Positions 62,307 to 64,000 of a stretch of 64,000 nt of DNA are shown here, in pieces (within the stretch, counting starts at the first letter, position 1; each line of letters starts with the position of its first letter). Source of the stretch: Sphyrna mokarran (Eukaryota); contig JAGIQG010000003.1 of assembly GCA_024679065.1 (NCBI GenBank), forward strand, positions 40,362,001-40,426,000, read 5' to 3'. Under the pieces are notes generated by a model, which worked only from the letters and a program-made list of their open reading frames with translations, had not been told where the DNA came from and did no database searches. Both the position numbers and the translations under genes were made by a program.

Positions 62307-63526
62307 GTAAAGTTGGGTCTAAATCAGTGGATTGCTATCTGGAATATATTAATAATAAAGGAGTATGCCATTCAGCCAATTGCGCTTGTTCCGACATTTG
62401 ATATGATCAGGACTGATTATCCACTTCAATACCTTTTTCGCAAGATGGATGTTTAGCTGGATAGTGACTTTGATATAGAAATAATAGATATTATTTTCCT
62501 TTGGTTTTTCATTTCTGACCAAGGGCTATTTTCTTATGTTTGACTTCTCTGGCCTCGAAATCAATATTGATTTATTCCAGCATGTTGATGAGTAAGAACA
62601 CCAAGCAAAGCTGTTCACTTTGGTCCTGCCAGTGCAACTGTTGCATAAAGATTAGAATTTCTAAAGATTGTGTAAGGAATTAGGCAATGCATCAGTATTT
62701 AGTTGCCTGATGAATCAAAATTTGAATACTAAAAATTATGTAACACTGTCTTGGATCAGAATCAATACTTATTTCTTCACTTTTGACTGAAAGGAGAAAA
62801 TAGGGAGTTTCATGCATTGTTAGTCATTAACAATTTTATATTAAATATGTAGTTTTTAAAATATCCTTGCAGTTGATTTTTACTCAGATCAGAGTTATGA
62901 TGCAGTTGAGAAACACATTTGGTACCTCGGTATTTCATCTCCCAGGCTTCATTAACAATTCACATGGTGATTTTCTGGTTGTAATTTTCAATCAGTCTGA
63001 AAAGAAATCAATCTTTTCAGTTTTGGTGGAAACACAAGCTATGTTAAGCTCTCTCTTCGATAGAGTGGTGCATTGAATAGAGAGGGTCAAGGCATCATCC
63101 ACTTCCTCTCGCGTGTTGCCTGGATTCAATGGGAGGGCCGTCAGGTAAATGCTAGTGTCCTTGAAGCCAGCCCCAAAAGCATTCAGGCAAAACTCGTGCA
63201 AAATCAACTTTGTATTGTGTACGGATGGCAGGTCCTGTTTCCTGAACTTTCAAACGGCCAGTGTTATCAGGAGACGACAAGGAAAATGCTTCAATTACCC
63301 TCTAAATCTCTCCTTGAAATACATCAATGACTAGGAACAGCTTGGTGTAATTGTTCAAAATGGAATAGCTTGTCCATGAAGCTGCATCGCACTTTGAGTC
63401 GCAACATCGTAATGATGGGGTAGTGCAGCAACAGGGAAAGGAACAATTTCCAGGAACTGGCCTGGAAACTACAGGCGAGTCAGCCTCACCTGTGTGTGTG
63501 TGTGTGGGAGCGGGGGGGGGGGAATA

Positions 63527-64000
63527 TTGTTAGAAAGTATTTTGAGAGACAGGATCTACAGGTATTTAGAGACACAAGGACTGATTAGGGACTGTCAGCA
63601 TGACTTTGTGAGTGGAAAATCATGTCTGACAAACTTGAATTTTTTTGAAGGAGTAACCAAGAAGGTAGATGAGGGCAATGCAGTTGATGTTGTCCACAAT
63701 GGCTTTAGCAAGGCCCTTGACAAGGTACTACATGGTAGTTTGTTACATAAAGTTAAATTTCATGGGATTCAGGGTGAGGTATCTAAATGGATACAAAATT
63801 GGCTTCTTGACAGAAGGCAGAAGGTGATTGTAAAGAGTTTTTCCAACTGGAGGCCCGTGACCAGCGGTGTGCCTCAGGGGTTAATGCTGGGTCCACTGTT
63901 ATTTGTCCTTTATATTAATGTTTTGGATGACAACATAGGAAGCATGCTTAGTAAATTTGCAGATGACACTAAGATTGGTGGCATAGTGGACAGTGAAGAA
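63527..64000 (+). mobile_element. CR1/HER1 LINE RT region (runs off the window)
   Basis: Same subfamily as 38620-39110; [21 protein letters not shown]. Confidence 0.9.

Overview
This is AT-rich, CpG-depleted vertebrate genomic DNA. The repeat complement (HE1/V-SINEs with (GATTCTAT)n tails, HER1/CR1 LINEs, Rex1/Babar and L2-like LINEs, Penelope-like short elements, PIF/Harbinger remnants) points to a cartilaginous fish, probably a shark. The only host coding sequence I recognise is the Kvbeta1.1-specific first coding exon of KCNAB1 (50104-50318, + strand, MQVSIACTDH...QTGMKYR). It sits at the end of a ~1.1 kb CpG-retaining island, so the rest of the window is most likely KCNAB1 intron or upstream sequence. 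The most interesting unexplained signal is at 62204-62306. It is a coding-like segment with good splice signals, and its 47-nt core has the same phases (2->1) as the canonical 44-nt KCNAB exon 2. It is preceded in frame by a strong-Kozak ATG and a hydrophobic stretch, making it a candidate undescribed KCNAB1 alternative exon or N-terminus. Other highlights are a 247-bp, ~93% identical inverted duplication plus a 38-bp displaced inverted patch; a two-ORF Harbinger fossil carrying nested insertions, including a very young CR1; hammerhead-like cores in Penelope-type elements; and a LINE whose 5' end appears to be a SINE body. Repeat boundaries are by eye and approximate, and family names are from recalled consensus sequences, not database searches.
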